Positions 35,680-51,164 of a DNA stretch of 64,000 nucleotides are shown one piece after another (the first letter of the stretch is position 1; every line of letters begins with the position of its first letter). Source of the DNA: Squalus acanthias (Eukaryota); contig CM059432.1 of assembly GCA_030390025.1 (NCBI GenBank), positions 42,162,001 through 42,226,000 of the forward strand. Reading direction: 5' to 3'. Below the pieces are notes generated by a model. It was not told the DNA's origin. It made no database searches and worked only from the letters and a program-made list of their open reading frames with translations. A program made the position numbers and the translations under genes.

Positions 35680-35757
35680 GCTAGGATGTCCTTTTCTCAT
35701 TTTGAGAATAGAAGGCGAGCTAGGATGTCCTTTTCTCATTTTGAGAATAGAAGGCGA
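35680..35757 (+). repeat. Perfect 39-bp tandem duplication
   Basis: GCTAGGATGTCCTTTTCTCATTTTGAGAATAGAAGGCGA x2. Confidence 0.95.
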
Positions 35758-36003
35758 TGATTTCTTTAAAACCACACCCGAAGGATAGGGGGGAGAGGTA
35801 GCTGGTTTCACTGACTGGCCTACTGTTGAATCACTGCTGTACACAAGAGAATACCTCAAATAGACCTAAAACTTGTAACACTCCGGATAATCAGGATAAT
35901 ATTCATAATGCAACCTCTGTTATATGGATCAATTTCTTGCAATACAGAGTCAAGTAATTCTATCCATCAAGTTTGCATCGGTATTTTTTTCACAAGACAC
36001 CTA

Positions 36004-36762
36004 GGGCTAGAAATTCGGCTGCTTTGCGCCTCCCGTTAGCGCCTGCAGGGGGTGCTAACGGGGCGCTAAGGGGTTACTGGCCGGGCACGGCGAAATCAGC
36101 GATGCACGCGATCTTCCCTGGCGATTTTGCGCTGGCGCTAAGACTTACCGCCTCGCTCTGTTGCGCCCCGTAGATCGTGACGTCATCCGGTGCGCAGCAC
36201 GCCGTTATCACCCCAGATCTTAAATTTGTTTCTGCCACCTGCAGCATCGCCGGGCAACAACAACGGCAGCTGCAGGAAGTGTTGTCACCGTGGATGGCCG
36301 CTTGGGGAGCGCTAATTAAAGGCAGTGGTGGCCAGGTAGGGCAAAATTTATTTATGTCCCCATTCTGGTGTTTTTTGATTTTTTTTGTACCCAGCAATTG
36401 CTTAGCCCTGCACTCTCTTAGAGTGCTTGGGGCTGCAATGCGCGTATCGCAGGTGCCATCGCCCAACAGACACAGCCTGAGGATTCCTTCAACGCAGCAT
36501 TGGCCCTTCCCTTTAAGGAAGGGAAGGAGCCTGTAAAACTGGCAGCGCTGCACAGAACATTGTTCAGCGCTCTGCCGCTACCGCCCCCTCACTCCCTTTA
36601 GCGCTCTAAGGGAAGTGGTAGTGCTTGATCTAGCACTCCACTTCCCTCTTAGAGCGCTAAAGCGGAAGTTCCCGGCAGATTCAAATGTTTTTCGCCCGGC
36701 GATACTTTTGTGCTCCCGCAAAAGTTATCACCCCAAATGGGGCGCTACACAATTTCTAGCTC
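36004..36762. mobile_element. Harbinger-type MITE
   Basis: CTA|GGGCTAGAAATT ... AATTTCTAGCTC|CTA. Confidence 0.85.
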
Positions 36763-36968
36763 CTAGTCTGGCAGAGTCAACACTGATTTATGAAAGGGAA
36801 ATCATGTTTGACAAATCTAATAGAGTTTTTAGAGGTTATAACTAGCAGGGTAAATAAGGAGAACCAGTGGATGTGGTGTATTTGGATTTTCAGAACGCAT
36901 TCAATAAGGTGCCACACAAGAGGATATTACACAAAATTAGGGCTCATGGGATTGAGGATAATATATTA

Positions 36969-37109
36969 CATAGGAAATACAGCACAGAAACAGACCATTC
37001 GGCCCAATCAGTCCATGCCGGAAAACATTCAAGCCAGGTATGAGTTAAACATACAATCTTTTGATCTGTAGTCAGATGTGTTATCCATTGCGCCACTGGC
37101 CCAGGCTTC
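36969..37109 (-). mobile_element. tRNA-Arg/CR1-tail chimeric retroposon (SINE-like)
   Basis: Minus strand: GAAGCCT + 73-nt tRNA + AATGTTTT + CR1-type tail (GGGCCGAATGGTCTGTTTCTGTGCTGTATTTCCTATG); removal restores ATATATTA|GCATGGATTGAG of the host CR1. Confidence 0.8.
37030..37102 (-). pseudogene. tRNA-Arg(ACG) pseudogene (anticodon now ACA)
   Basis: GGGCCAGTGGCGCAATGGATAACACATCTGACTACAGATCAAAAGATTGTATGTTTAACTCATACCTGGCTTG is colinear with vertebrate tRNA-Arg(ACG); several changes at CpG sites; B box broken. Confidence 0.9.
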
Positions 37110-38226
37110 GCATGGATTGAGGATTGGTTAACGGACAGAAAACAGAGAGTAGGAATAAATGGGTCATTTTCGGGCTGGCAGACTGTAACTAGTGGGGTAC
37201 CACAAGGATCGGTACTTGGACCTCAGCTATTTACAATCGAGTGTAATGTATCCAAGTTTGTAGACGATACAAAGATAGGTGGGAAAGTAAGTTGTGAGGA
37301 GGATGCAAAGAAGTTCCAAAGGGATAGTGACAGGTTAAGTGAGTGGGCAAGAACATAGCAGATGGAATATAATGTGGAGAAATGTGAAGTTATCAACTTT
37401 GGTCGGAAAAATAGAAAAACTAAATATTTTTAAATGGTGAGATATTGAGAAATATTGGTATTCAGAGGGAGCTGGGTGTCCTTGTATGTAAATCACTGAA
37501 AGGTGTAAAGACCTTTTTTCTGACCTCTTTAATTATTTTAATGGTTATCATAAATCTGTGTCCTTTGATACTGTCTCACTGACCACAGTAAACAATCTGT
37601 TACTATTTACCTTATCATAATCCCTCAACATCTTGAATATTACGTTTGTGCACAAAAGAATACATGAAAATAGAGTCCTTTACCACATAATTAAACAGAG
37701 AAAATAAACATTTCCATTGAAAAAACAATATTTCGTTTTTAAAATGTGATTCCTGAATATGTTCTCCATAGACCACAATAATTTAATAACACAGGAACTT
37801 AGACCAAATAGATTGGAAAATTGATTAGAATTTTGCTGATGTTGATGCCATATGGCTCTTTTGAAATCTCTACTGGACAGGCTTCATTGATTCAATGGAA
37901 ACTTAGCGCTCTAATTTGCTTTTGATATCAACAGCTCTGTCAGTCTGTCTTTATTTTGAAGTAAGCACAAGAGAAATTCTTTCTAAGATCCTTTTTCTCC
38001 AATATATGGAAGGAGAATTCTTTGGCTAGCGTATATACCTTTGGCTCTTTGGCTCTTTGCTGCACTCTATGGTCATGATTAACTGTGGCAAAGACTACAA
38101 GCAGGTGACCTACTACCAGGTTTCTTCCAATGCAACATTTGAGCCAGCTGCAAGACTTCATGAAAGTTTGGTTTTCATTTGCAACCCACCCACTCCTCAG
38201 TGCAGCATGGACTGACCTGTGTGCAG

Positions 38227-38775
38227 TGGGGAGTTAACATTCTTGCTCCAGCCTACTCACCCGATCCCCGCTGGCCTTGTGCCACATGGCATTTTAACAA
38301 AAGCATTCTTACCAGCCAGCAAGACTCTTGCACCAGGCAGGCTAGGGTCTCATTGAAATTTAAAAGTCGGGGTCTGGTGACATCACTCAGACCCAACACT
38401 ATTTTCACTTTAGAGAGCCGTGTTCGGCGCCTGGTACCAGCCTTGCCAGGAGCATCGGGCGCGAAGGAGCATCAGGCCCAAAAGGGGACCGAAAAGGTAA
38501 GTCATTTATTTGAAAAAGTTTCCTTAAGGATAGCTAAGGTCCTGGGCTCCCCTCTCCTGTCATCGCTTATCCCCCCCATCACTTACCTGACTGCCGGGGA
38601 TGGTTCCCACAGGTACTTGGCTGTTGCCTCCAGCAGGCCCTTGCCTGGCTCCCACTAGCTGGCCTGATGTCATTGATGCCGGGTATGGCTCGAGTCTGAC
38701 CTGGCATATTTAAACAAAGCCTGGGAATTAAAATGGCCTGATGCTCACCCCACGGCCCCAGTTAAAATTGGTGCT
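38227..38775. mobile_element. Decayed Harbinger-type MITE
   Basis: Shares motifs with 18812-19406 (TGACATCA..GACCC, GACTGCCGGGGA); ends TTAAAATTGG. Confidence 0.5.
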
Positions 38776-39479
38776 TTAATCTTTGAATCTCATCTTCATC
38801 TCTGTTACTGATAAAAGAACTTAATATTAATTAGTTTCAGTCATTAATTCTGCAATGCAATTGGAAAAAAAAGGATATAATTTCTATTTAATATCAAAAT
38901 CTAGGAATTTGTCAACAACACATTGATGTTTACAGAGGGGTAAATTTTTGTTTTCACTGAATGGACAGTAATCTGGTGGAGTGGATAGCCCACTCGTTAT
39001 AAGACCTTTTATTCCATTTGATCCACTCCCCACCAGTTTACCACCCATGAAGATGAAAATTTATTCATAGTGTTCCAAAATTGGTCACTAAATTTATCAG
39101 ATTTGGTTTCCTGTAGACACCTGATTTTAGTTGTTTCTGGCTTCATAAATACATCAGGACATTTCAGAGTAAGTCAAAATTTTGATATTTATTGTCAAAA
39201 GTTGAAATCTATTGTTAACAAAAACTGTTGGACAATGCATTTGTTATAGGAAAATGGATTATAATAATGACATTTTGCATTTATCAAGCTTTACTTGCCT
39301 GTTTTATGCAGCATGATCCAATTTCTAGTCCACCATCTCTGTCCTCTTCAGTAGAGCTGTGATATCAGTTGTTTCCTGGACTGTCCTTTCCCCTTGCTCC
39401 AGCTCTCCTGTGCTCTGTGAATGACCCTGTGCAGACCCTCTGACTCACTATCTATTCTACCCAGGGTGCTGATTTCTGT

Positions 39480-41838
<2,359 letters not shown>

Positions 41839-44800
41839 TAATTACTCATTTACGTTGTCTTCTCTTTTCAATCTTGATGGTGCTCTTCACCACAGGCCTT
41901 ACCCTAGCTACTGTATGAAAGCCACCAATTATTTAAATCTTTAAGGCATTGAAAGGCTTTTCGTCCTCCATCGTTGTACTCTGTTGTTGAATAACTATAT
42001 TCACAAAAACAATAAAAGGAGCAAAAAAGAGGGCACCTATTCCTCTTACATTAAGTTATTTATTGTGTCTCCCTCTTTAAACTTTTTGACTTAAATTAAC
42101 AGAGAAGATTTTCATGAAAGAACTAAAATTGATAGATCCCCTATGGAAAGACTAAAGCAGTTAATCTATTTTATTGCTCCATGGTTCAGATAGCAAACTG
42201 AAGATTTATTAAGTCCACTGTAAGATATGAGCTTGTAGGTAGGACTGGTGTGATAATGCATATGATTAAATAGCATCATGTGGAAAAACTGCACCATTAG
42301 CATTGTTATTAGGGGCAATAGACCCACAAAATATTCACAATAAATAGAACTTAAAAAAATTCAAAGTCATTATTATTGTCCAAAACACTGGAAAACTTTA
42401 CTCTCATCTTCCAAGTGTGAGTTGTATACAGATCCAATGGTTAAAGCGACAAACTAAATCTGGTTTTATTCTCTGGTTAAAAAGTATTTAAAATAATATT
42501 CCACGTATTCCATTTTATCAATCCGTTTTGCTACATGTTCCTTTAAAATGCAAATCTAGTGCTCAGCTCATGTGGTGATTATTCAATTAAAACTGATCGT
42601 AGGAATGTACAATTTGAAAACCTGCATGCAGCTCTGTCACAGCACTGACAGAAAGGATGCTTGTAACATATATAATGCTGGTTAATGACCAGCACTGAGA
42701 TTTATGACATGGGCCTCGTGGGATGGGATACCCAGGTGCAAGAATGCCCCCCTGGCTTGGGAATTAGAGCAACAATCCAACATTGCTTAATAAATATAGT
42801 TTAGGAAAGGGGTGTTTGTTTTTTGCTCTTATAAATCCTTTTTGATTTGTCAATCTGCTGTTAATATTTGTCGAAGTAGTCAGTTCAATGGAGATGCCAG
42901 CGAATGAAGGAGATTCTCTAGGAGTTGGGTAATCATTGGGAAAGTGATGAAAGGAAGTTTCAAGTATGATCAAAACCTGACAGGATCACATATATGAGTG
43001 ACCACGTACCAGACCTTGACAAATTACCGTTAGTCAGACACTGTTTATTTGAATAGTTCACAAGACATCCCTATTTGGGTAAGTGAATAATTCAGATAAC
43101 TGCTTAGCCTAGGAATTCAATGGTGCCCTGTCGTCTTTTCTTCCTAATCGCCTTCAGTCCCGATCGCCTTCCTTCCTGAGCGCCTTCCCCCTTAAGCACT
43201 TACTTGAGGCCGTTGCCGGCAATGCGGCGGCCTGAAATTCCAATCCTCTTCACCAGCGAGCTGCCTGCCATGCCCAGCAGCTGACCACAGCTCGCCAGTC
43301 TTATTTAAATTAAGCTCGAGGGCCAATATTGAATGCGCTTCAGCTATACCTGTTTAGGTGCAGGGATCATTCCCTGCACCCAGTTCTAGGCCAGAGTGTG
43401 TTAATTCCAATGCCATACTGCATTAGATTATATCAATTCAGCGCAGAAACTAATATAGAGAGCTGTGAAATAATTGTACATGCCTGGTATGCAAGGACAT
43501 TCAGCTGACTTGATAAATGGATCAATTTGCATAAGAGAGGTTTGAATACTTGGTTTATAACTGTATCCTTATTTAAAACAGATGTAGAAAGAGACAAGTA
43601 CTGCAGTCTCTTAAGAGACAAGCAGTCCGATAGTCATCTAGTTAAAATGGGCGAGCTGCCTGTTGAGCCATGACAGGCATCACTAGCTCACCCAAATAGG
43701 ACCAGGCCCAATTTCGGGCTCGCCTCGGGCCACTTAATTCGGGCACACACTCGCCATTTTTTACCCCACAGAGTAAAACTGTAGGATAACCTTCTTTAGT
43801 TTTTTTCTGGTTTCCTCTCCGAAGGAACTGATGCAGATTTAGCCACAGTATAGCTAAGCAAGATAATATCGCAGTAAGGGATATTTTTCATGTCTCGCTA
43901 TGACATAACATCAGTTTACCCGATAATTTAAAGTTGTGTGTAAGTCAGCTTTAAGAGAACATGGTTAAATTCTCCATCAATTCCAATTTCATCCTGTCGC
44001 AATAATGTGAGCATATCATGTTTTGACTGTAACGATGGAACACGCAAACAGTGGGCTTGGGATCACAAACATCAATCCATTTTTCCACTGTGGCACTAAC
44101 TTCAAAGTTCCCTTAATGTTTCAATGTGACCTGCCACTTCAGGGTTTTGATAGAACAGCATTCAATTTGTATCAGGCAACGCAATAAAGGTCTGGACAAG
44201 AATGATAAATGTCTTTGCTTATGATTCACTAACAACTCAAAATTTTACTCCTCATCTTTCCTTTCAAAGAGTAATGTAACTACTGATAGGATGAAGAGTG
44301 TAAAGTAGTAACAGAAGCCAGTTTGCACTTTGATATAATTTTCTTTGCCTCTGTCCCTACTAGTACGTGGTCCCCATGGTAATTACCTCTGATGGAATGT
44401 GACAGATCAACATCACCTGTGACATTTGCTTTTAGGAAGATGATTTCTGTAGCCGCCAGTGCATTGAGCCAAATACCCAAATGTCATCACTGGCAGCACT
44501 CCCTAATATTGTTGTATTAGAGATGAGGTCTTGGTCTCCATCCAAGAGTTTATAATATTTCCACTACGCATTTTATCACACATCCCCCACTGTCACTGAA
44601 ATCTTCCTAGCTGGCAGGTTTACAGTAGACCATCATTAATCTTAACTATGCTGCAGCAGTAGGGCGACAGATGATTTATCGCACTCGCCGTTCTGCAGGA
44701 CCCAGGTGAATAGCACTCAGCTGTACTTACTGCATTGGGTTACATTACCATCATTGACCCGTCTTACAGTGCAACCATTTATGTTTATTTTGTTGGATTT

Positions 44801-46867
44801 TTTTTTTCCAGGCGTTCAATTACACAGTTTATGATCATTTAGCAACGTTGTTTCTATCTAAAACGTGCTGATGAGCAAATAGTATTTACCCTTTCACCAG
44901 CAAGGGCCAGTTGGCAAGGGTGGAATCCTAGTAGATTTTGGAGAAATGAGATAAAGTATACAACCAGCTGTGCTCTTTGAAAATAAAATACCTTTCTGCA
45001 GTTTTACAGGAATATAATTATGTTTTTAATATCAGGTGGGGTACATTGATATTAATTTGAGCAGAAAGCCGAGTGGACGGGTCCATAATATTTGTATTCT
45101 TTATCCATAGCTTTTTCATTGTTTTATTTTCTTAGATTTTTTGTCACATGTCCCCAATTCTAAGTAGCATGCCAACCAGGGGAGCTCACTGCTTGACTTA
45201 GTTACGGAACACAAGCAGCACGTAAAAATAGAGCTGGGCTTTGTGAACCATGCAGGAAAAAAACTCACTCGAGCATGCTGTAATGCTGAAGGTTATTTGT
45301 AATGGGTATCCAATACAAATATAGAATCTAATCTGTAATTTTTTTCCCTTCTCTTTCCTATTCAAGCAACTCCCTTTCAAACGATTTATTTGGCAACGGT
45401 AAGGCAGTTTGAGGTTCAAAATCACCATCTCCGTGTACTTCGTGTTAGTTATAGGCAATGTTACTGTTGCATTTTTAGGTTTTTATAGGTGATATTTTCC
45501 TCAGATTGAGTGCCACAGACCACTCTCTAACGTGTGGCTCCAGTCCAACATTTCTTTACCAACCTTTTACCTGCTCAGTGCCGAGCTAAATGTAGCGAGT
45601 CCTGGAGTCGAACAGAGAACCCTTATCACTGTGCATGGCTGACTGGATATTCCATGTGCCGCCATGGGATTCTTTTCACTTCACTAGGCACAAGAATAAA
45701 CACTGTCAAGTGTAGCTTTTAGTGTATAAACTACTAGACAGATTAATTGAACAGTAAACAAATAAATGAATGGTACCAAGAACAAACAATAGTTTTACAG
45801 TAATTATATACTTAACAAACTCGCTTCTCTGCGCTAACATTCAGTATAAAACTGAAACCTTAAAACATGGCCTCTGATTAGTTTCACGTGCTACCACAGT
45901 CCCTGCCTTATCCCAATCTCTGGTGGCTTCAGATTGACTTGCCTGAGAGAAAGTCAGCCTCAGATGAACCATGCAAAATCTTCTGAAGATATATAACAAC
46001 TTGCATTTGTATAGCGCCTTTAATGTAGTAAAACGTCCCAAGGCGTATTAAAACATGAATCTTTCATAACTACATTAGGTGGTCAGCCATTCACAGGATT
46101 CAAAATGGTGTTTATCCACACAAATACAGCTGCCAGTCAAACATAAATATCAAAAAGGTCGACGGGATAAGGGTCTTGGAATTGAATGGTTTGGACCCCC
46201 CCCCCTCCCCTCAATTTAGATCAAACTATATCTACCTGATCACTAATGTAACAAAGCTATTGTCACCTATTTGCAACAGTATTTTGGAACACAATGGAGG
46301 GGGCAATCTGTCACACAATTTCCAGTTATATATGCATGTCCCATTGATACCCATATAGACAACCTGTCAAGGTCCTGAGTTGTGTATTGAATAGGCTAGC
46401 CACGTTCTGTAAATGGACCTAGATTTTTAACCTTGCATGTACCATGGCCAGCAAGACAGATAACATAATCCATCATAGTCAAAACATTACATTTTGGCAA
46501 AGCTACTGGGAAATAAATTGTTACAACAGAGAGTTTAAGGCACTAACCTTTTGTTGATGGCCACAATTCCACCAAGGTTTTCCTCGAGGTTCACTCTCAG
46601 GAATGTTGCAACATACTGTGCAGTGAAGCTATGAGACACGAGACTACGTACAGTGAATTCCTGATTTAAGATATGCTTCAGTGGATAGTTGCCAAGTAGA
46701 GACCAGGCATTTCTCTGCATGAAGAGAAAATAAAAATAAAACAAAATTTCAGTAGTCACTTTTCACTCTCTGTATGGGTGCAGGAATAACCCTCCCTCCT
46801 ATAGCATTATCTTGCCTCCTGTTGCTGGGTAGAAAGAAAAAGAGTGAGAACAGCACTGAATCCCAGC

Positions 46868-47530
46868 TATTCACGACCCTCTGAGAGAAGAAATTCCTCT
46901 TCATCTCCGTCTTAAATGGGTGACCCCTTATTCTGAAACTATGCCCCTAGTTCTAGATACCCCCACTAGGGGAAACATCCTCTCAGCATCCACCCTGTCA
47001 ATCCTCCTCAGAATCTTATATGTTTCAATAAGATCACCTCTCATTCTTCTAAACTCCAATGAGTATAGTCCCAACCTGCTCAACCTTTCGTCATACGTCA
47101 ACCCCTTCATCCCAGGAATCAACCTAGTGAACCTTCTCTGTACTGCCTCCAATGCAAGTATATCCTTCCTTAAATATGGAGAGCACATCTGTACACAGTA
47201 CTCCAGGTGCGGTCTCACCAGCACCCTGTAAAGTTGCATCAAAACTTCCCTACTTTTATACTCCATACCCCTTGCAATAAAGGCCAACATTCCATTAGCC
47301 TAGGTGGAATTCTCTACCCCAGAGAGCTGTGGAGGCGGAGTCATTGAATATATTCAAGGCGGAGATTGACAGACATTTGAACTACAAGGGAGTCAAGGGG
47401 TATGGGGAGAGAGCGGGAAAGTGGTGTTGAGGCCAAGATTGGATCAGCCATGATCTTATTGAATGGCGGAGCAGGCTCGAGGGGCCGATTGGCCTACTCC
47501 TGCTCCTGTTTCTTATGTTCTTATGTTCTA
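46868..47530. mobile_element. CR1 with 5' inversion (- 46868-47300; + 47303-47530)
   Basis: Minus part runs from MLAFIARG to FFSQRVVN; plus part continues with WNSLPQRAVEAE to a (TTCTTATG)n tail. Confidence 0.9.
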
Positions 47531-48819
47531 AAGTAACAGCCCATAACAACATAAGGAAGCTTGACAACAGCCCACTCCTTTCACAGTTCCTCCACCATAT
47601 TAGGTGGTCAGCCATTCACAGGATTCACAATGGTGCTTGCCCACACAAATACAGCTGCCAGTCAAACATAAATATCTATACTCTTTTCCTAACTCCCATG
47701 TGAATGAACCAGATCTAGATGGATCTCTATAATCCCCAATGCCTTTTATCAACAGATATTGATCCAGTGCCTTTATAATCACCTGATTGAGAATTATCTA
47801 CTTTTTCTGGTAGCATGTTTAATAAAATCCAGTAAACCGGGGGAAATATTATTTTAATCTCTGATATTGTGTGAGGCTAGTGAATTTTTCAATTGCTTTT
47901 TCAGTTGCAGGATAAAAAATGACAATTTGAAAAATCACATAATATAAAGATGTGTGATTATTTGCTGTGGCTGAAGAATGTGAGAAAGGATCCCCTTTAC
48001 TGATTACCAAATCAGCACCACAACTACCCTTTCTTCAAAGTACAGTAAAAATATTGATGATATACTGTTCAGATTGGTACATCACCATATAAACAATCAA
48101 GTTATTGGTCCACTAGCACCATTACCATATAATTGCTTCTATCTCCTCCACGGTGCTACAGAGCAATAATCTGTATCCTCAAAAAGACATGGCAGTACAT
48201 CAGGAGAACCCCTGCAGAAGTTCTACCCCTGTACATTTTGTCCACTGTTAAATTGCATTAACACCATGGACCACTTATAGGCCACGATTTTGCCGGCGCT
48301 CAGAGGGCGGGTTCGGAGGCGGGTCCGCTGTCAAAATTGCAATGATTGATGGCGGGTTGGAAACCCGCTGCGAACCCACCTCCATGTAAGTTTCCAAAGT
48401 GTCGGCTCTGCGATTTCAGAACAGACCCGACACCAAGCGGTGGGGGAGGCATTTAGGATACTTAACTGCTTATTAACTGCTTGTTAAAGACTATTTTGCC
48501 AGCCTTTTTCTATTTTCCCACATTTTCAACGGGGTTCGCGTCATTCGGAGGTCACGTCAGGTAAGTATGTCGGGAGGTCAATCGAGCTGAATAGTTCCCA
48601 GCTGCAACTGCAGTATAAAATCTAACCTTCCACATCTGTTCAGTTTGCAATGTCAGAAGTTGCTGATGTCAGGATTGTGAAGACACATTTGATCTGTATT
48701 GAGGCTCTAAGTGTGTGTTGTAAACTCTATATGCACAGTCACCTCCTTGGAATAGCCTCTCTCCCCAGTGACTGATTGCTTCTACCATCTCATCCTTAAC
48801 TGCCATATATAACAGCAGA

Positions 48820-50056
48820 ATGGGAGCGATTTATACTCTCTCACCCTGGTCCTCAGAATTGGAAGATGATCATCCGCAGCAGCAGAACCAGGCACACCAG
48901 CAGCACCAACAACAAGAGCGACAACCTTCTCCTCAGCCACCTGATGCTGCACAGGGCAGAGGCCATCAGTGTAAGGCTGCACCTCGCCGCAGGAGATACC
49001 CCCAACACAGGGTTTACAGGCAGAGGGTGAGCTTCCTCAACATGACTGAGCAGCAGTGCCAAAGGAGGCTGAAACTATCGTGAAAAGTAGTCGCAGATAT
49101 TTGCACAATGCTCGATCAAGACCTGTAGCCCAGAGGAGCGAGTGGACACGCCTTACCAGTGGCTGTCAAAGTCACCACCGCCCTCAACTTCTTTGCGTCA
49201 GGTTCCTTCCAGGGATCAGCAGCAGACATTAGCAGCATCTCCCAGTCGGCCACCCACAGATACATCACGCAGATCACCGATGCCCTCTTTGAAAAGTCCG
49301 CAAATTACATCCATTTTTCCACTGATGAAGCCAATGTTACCGAGCGGGCGCTCGGCTTTGTCAATCTGGCTGGCTTCCCACGGGTGAAGGGCGTCATCAA
49401 CTGCACACATGTGGCCACTAGGGCGCTCCATCAGAACCCAGCAGCATTTGTAAACCGCAAGGGCTTCCACTCCCTTAACGTGCAGCTGGTCTGCAACCAT
49501 AGGAAGAGCATCATGCATGTGTGCGTGAGATTCCCTGGCAGCAGCCTTGACTCTTACATCCTGCGCCAGTCCACTGTCCCTCAACTCTTCGCACTGCCAA
49601 ACGAACTTTCCGGCTGGCTCCTTGGAGACAAGGGCTATCCCCTGAAGACGTGACTAATGACACCGTTGAGGAGGCCATCAAACGAGTCTGAGGAGCGTTA
49701 CAATCAAAGCCACATTTCCACCAGAAGTCTCATAGCGCAAACAATAGGGTTGCTCAAAATGCGCTTCAGATGCCTGGACAGATCTGGTACGCACTTCAGT
49801 ACACACCAGCTAGGGTCTCGAGAATCGTTATTGTCTGCTGCACCCTGCACAACATCGCACTGCAGCGAGGATTAGCGCTGCATGAGGAAGAAGGTGCAGA
49901 GTGCACAGCCTCTTCAGAGGAGGAGGAGGAGGAGGAGCAGAATGAGGTTCAGCAAGAGGAAGACCTGGAGGAGGCACTGACCCAGTGCGACTAGCATGCG
50001 AGCATATTGCTGCCCGTGATGCCTGTGATGGCCTAATCAATGCCAGATTCATGTAA
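48820..50056 (+). pseudogene. Harbinger DDE transposase (HARBI1-like), disrupted
   Basis: [71 protein letters not shown]. Stops at 49081, 49126 and 49651; frameshift near 49786. Confidence 0.95.
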
Positions 50057-51164
50057 CTTTATGCAGCACAGACATGTGGCTGCCACATACACATGAAGGT
50101 TGGCATGACCCCATTTCAACACCATAGAGCATCTCTACAATTAACTGTTCAATCCTTGCACTGTCACCACCATTGCTGGACAGTAAAGGCGCCCTTACCC
50201 TTGCCTGTACCACCTCAATTTGTGACCAAATATATGGCAACAACATCAATCATTCACAAAACATTACTTTATTACAACAAAATAAAAGAACTGAAACTTA
50301 ACATTCATTTATAGCAAATCACCCAATGACTACCCTAGTGACTATTTATGTGTGAACTTTCTTTTACGCGTGCTTCTACGAGGTGCTACCCCTGTGGCTT
50401 CACCAGATGTAGAGGCAGGGTGCTCACTTCCCGTTGCGCCTGCTTAGACGCCTTTGGCGGTCGTCCTATGGGTTTTGGAGCCTTTGAGGGCCCCGCCAAA
50501 GTCTGCTCCTCCTGCGGCTGTGCAGGGGCAGACTCGGCCATCACTGTTCGGGGAGGCATATAGGGCTCTGACTGAGGGGTTGGCAAGGGGGGGAAGTTGG
50601 AGCGCTTGGAGAGGAGCCCCCACTTCCATGTCCCCTCCCATGGGCCACCCGCACTTCTCTGCTAGCAAGTAGCTGGAGAGCACCTTGCTGCACATCAGTG
50701 GGGCCATGAGGACCCATTTCTGTGCTGACATTCCTCATAACAAGGACGTCCATCAACCTCTGGTTTCTCTCCTCAATAGATGCCCATCTATTTAGAAATG
50801 TTACCATGTTCTCCTGAGTCTGGCAATTTATGTCCTCCATGGAGGTTGCCATCCTTTCCATGGCAGAACCTACAGTTGCCAGTGCGTACGCCATGGCATT
50901 GCTCATATTTGAGATGGACTTCTCCATTCTCTGCACACTCGCAGTCACCGTGGTTGCAAACCCTATCAGAGCCACCTGAACTTGTTCCTGAAGCTCCAGG
51001 AGCGCCCTCTTCCTGGATGGCCCCCGAGACTTAGCGTCAGCATGCAGCTCAGCAGAGGTAGGAGACTCTGACGAGAAGTCTCCACTGCTATCTCTGTCTC
51101 CACCATCTGATCTTGCTCACTTGTGACTTGTGATACATCAGGTGACAACACTACTCTTTCTCGC

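Larger units (their letters stand above)
36768..37503 (+). mobile_element. CR1 RT fragment, interrupted at 36969-37109
   Basis: MKGKSCLTNLIEFLE..YLDFQNAFNKVPH..WIEDWLTDRKQRVGING..GVPQGSVLGPQLF. Confidence 0.9.

Noticed and set aside
37030..37102. Functional tRNA (would read as Cys-ACA)
   Set aside because: T-loop/B box is mutated (GTTTAA), stems are disrupted and it sits in a retroposed insert; the anticodon change is CpG decay of ACG.
44280..44480. Possible host coding exon (66-aa ORF)
   Set aside because: No recognisable protein similarity or convincing splice sites; cannot be supported without a search.
48820..50056. Domesticated host gene HARBI1
   Set aside because: Has stops and a frameshift, and lies between TIRs with a partner Myb gene, so it is a transposon copy.
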